A stretch of DNA of 64,000 nucleotides from Lama glama (Eukaryota). Location of the stretch: the NCBI GenBank assembly GCA_028534125.1, contig CM052818.1:4094001-4158000 (forward strand), in the 5' to 3' direction. The translations under genes were made by a program, and so were the position numbers. Below, piece by piece: positions 62,455 to 64,000 of this stretch (the first letter of the stretch is position 1; every line of letters begins with the position of its first letter). Under the pieces are notes generated by a model. The model did no database searches. It was not told the origin of the DNA and worked only from the letters and a program-made list of their open reading frames with translations.

Positions 62455-62772
62455 GGGTAAGCCATGGTCCACTGCCTTTAGTTGTACAGCCTGTGAGCCA
62501 AGAATGGATTTTACATTTTTTAAACGGTTGGGGAAAAAAACTCAAAAGAATATTGCATGGCATGTGAAAATCGCCTGAAATTCAAATTTCTGCATCCATA
62601 AATAAAGTGCTGTGGGAACACTGCCATGCTTCATTCGTTCTTTTATATTGTCTTTGGCTGATTTCTTGCTATATGAGCCAAGCCAAGTCGAGGAGATGCA
62701 GCAGAGATTGTCTGCCCACAAAGCGTAAATATTTCATACGTGGGCTTTTAAGAAAAGTCTGCTGACCCGTGG
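62455..62772. mobile_element. MER58B-like hAT element
   Basis: 'cctgtgagccaagaatggattttacatttttt...aattcaaatttctgcatccataaataaag...aaagtctgctgacccgtgg'. Confidence 0.78.
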
Positions 62773-64000
62773 CTGATGGAGCTATTGCATTTATTCTGTA
62801 GCTCCATAAGAGAAAATGAGTCTGAATATACCATGTACTGGAAGCTCAGTGAAGAAATATTTGTTTATTTCATATCAAGAAAAACTGGTCTTTGTTAAGA
62901 GACAGACGCAGTAATATTTTGAAACACTGTGATGTCGTAAGAAGTTCAGATGATCTGAGTGCCTTCTGGGCTTCAGTGTTGGGGGATATAGAAGCAGCTG
63001 GCAGGAGGATTACTTTCTGGAGCAGGGCCGGGCAAGGGAGGAGAGGGTAAGCATCTGAGGCAGCAGAAACCAGAACAGCAAGGCTTGACTGTGGAGTTCT
63101 GTCTTGATGTTCCATGTAAATGTTTTCTTTTTGGTTGTTTTTGACAGCGAGTGATCAGAGCTGTCTTCTGAAAAGGCTCCCCCTTTGCAGCCTGTGAATT
63201 CTCTCTCTAGCAGGCACAGAACTCTGCCTCTGCTCCACTGCTGCCCTCAGAAATCAGAGGTGGGGACCATTCACTTGAGGTGGCATTCTGGGAAAGTCTT
63301 CTCTGCTGAATCACTGCCTAAAAATACCCCCAGCAAAGCCCCCTTATCAAAATGCAAGAGAAGTTCCCCAGAAAATGGCAGGATGACAACCAGCTGACAC
63401 TTTGCAGGAGCCGCATCCTCCTCATGTCCTAAAATCTCCTTTGTCCTGGTGCCCCTGCATCGCGGTCCACCCAGTGGGCTTAATCGGAATCCAGGGTCTT
63501 GATTTGATTGAAGCTCCTCCCTTACCCATATCTGAGTACGCAAATCCCCTCATCCTGCTATGCAAATGTCCCTTAAACCCTCTAAGCCCCGTCCCTCCTT
63601 TCACTGCCCTGTTTCACAAGGGCCATCATCTTTTGCCAGGATTCTGCCCCAGCCCCATCTGACCCCCCACCTCCACTCTCTGACTCACTGTCCCCAACCT
63701 GGCACGGCGCCCTATACTCAAAACATAGCCACAGAACCGAGGTAGAAAATAGAGAACTCAAAATGAGAAAAACAGTAGAGATGATTCGTCAAGAATCGGA
63801 AACTTTCCAAGAGAAAGAGCAACAACAAAAAAGACAAACGCTAAAGAAAGCTCAATCAGGAGAAACTAAGCCAACATTAGAAAAGAGAAAAAAAAAAAAA
63901 AGAAAAGAAAAGAGGAAACAGAGAAGAAAAGAGAAAAGGGTTATAACCACAGATATAGTATAGATATTTCAAAATTATCATCATCAAAAAAAAAAGGCCA

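Noticed and set aside
63763..63963. Lys/Arg/Glu-rich 66-aa ORF
   Set aside because: A-rich sequence, probably a decayed L1 ORF2 fragment.

Overview
Mammalian genomic DNA, not prokaryotic. The L1 3' ends look camelid-type and I saw no Alu, Bov-A/Bov-tA or PRE-1 SINEs, so Camelus/Vicugna is my inference. Two protein-coding genes converge tail-to-tail, the arrangement I recall from human. BMP10 is complete on the + strand (2 exons, 5805-6138 and 10752-11692, 424 aa, intact RIRR furin site and 108-aa cystine-knot domain, probably a ~4.6 kb 3'UTR). The last six exons of ARHGAP25 are on the - strand (61673 down to 48694; C-terminal part of the RhoGAP domain, linker, coiled coil), with all splice phases consistent. 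Between and inside them lie a processed HSPE1 pseudogene, two ERV1-type solo LTRs with perfect 4-bp TSDs, many 5'-truncated L1s, MaLR/ERVL LTRs, hAT DNA-transposon relics, MIR/L2 fragments and a 500-N assembly gap. I found no previously undescribed gene system. The most notable details are a young intronic L1 with an apparent 3' transduction, a twin-primed L1, nested insertions, and candidate regulatory elements of BMP10 and ARHGAP25. Repeat family names are from memory of consensus sequences, and boundaries without a stated TSD are approximate.
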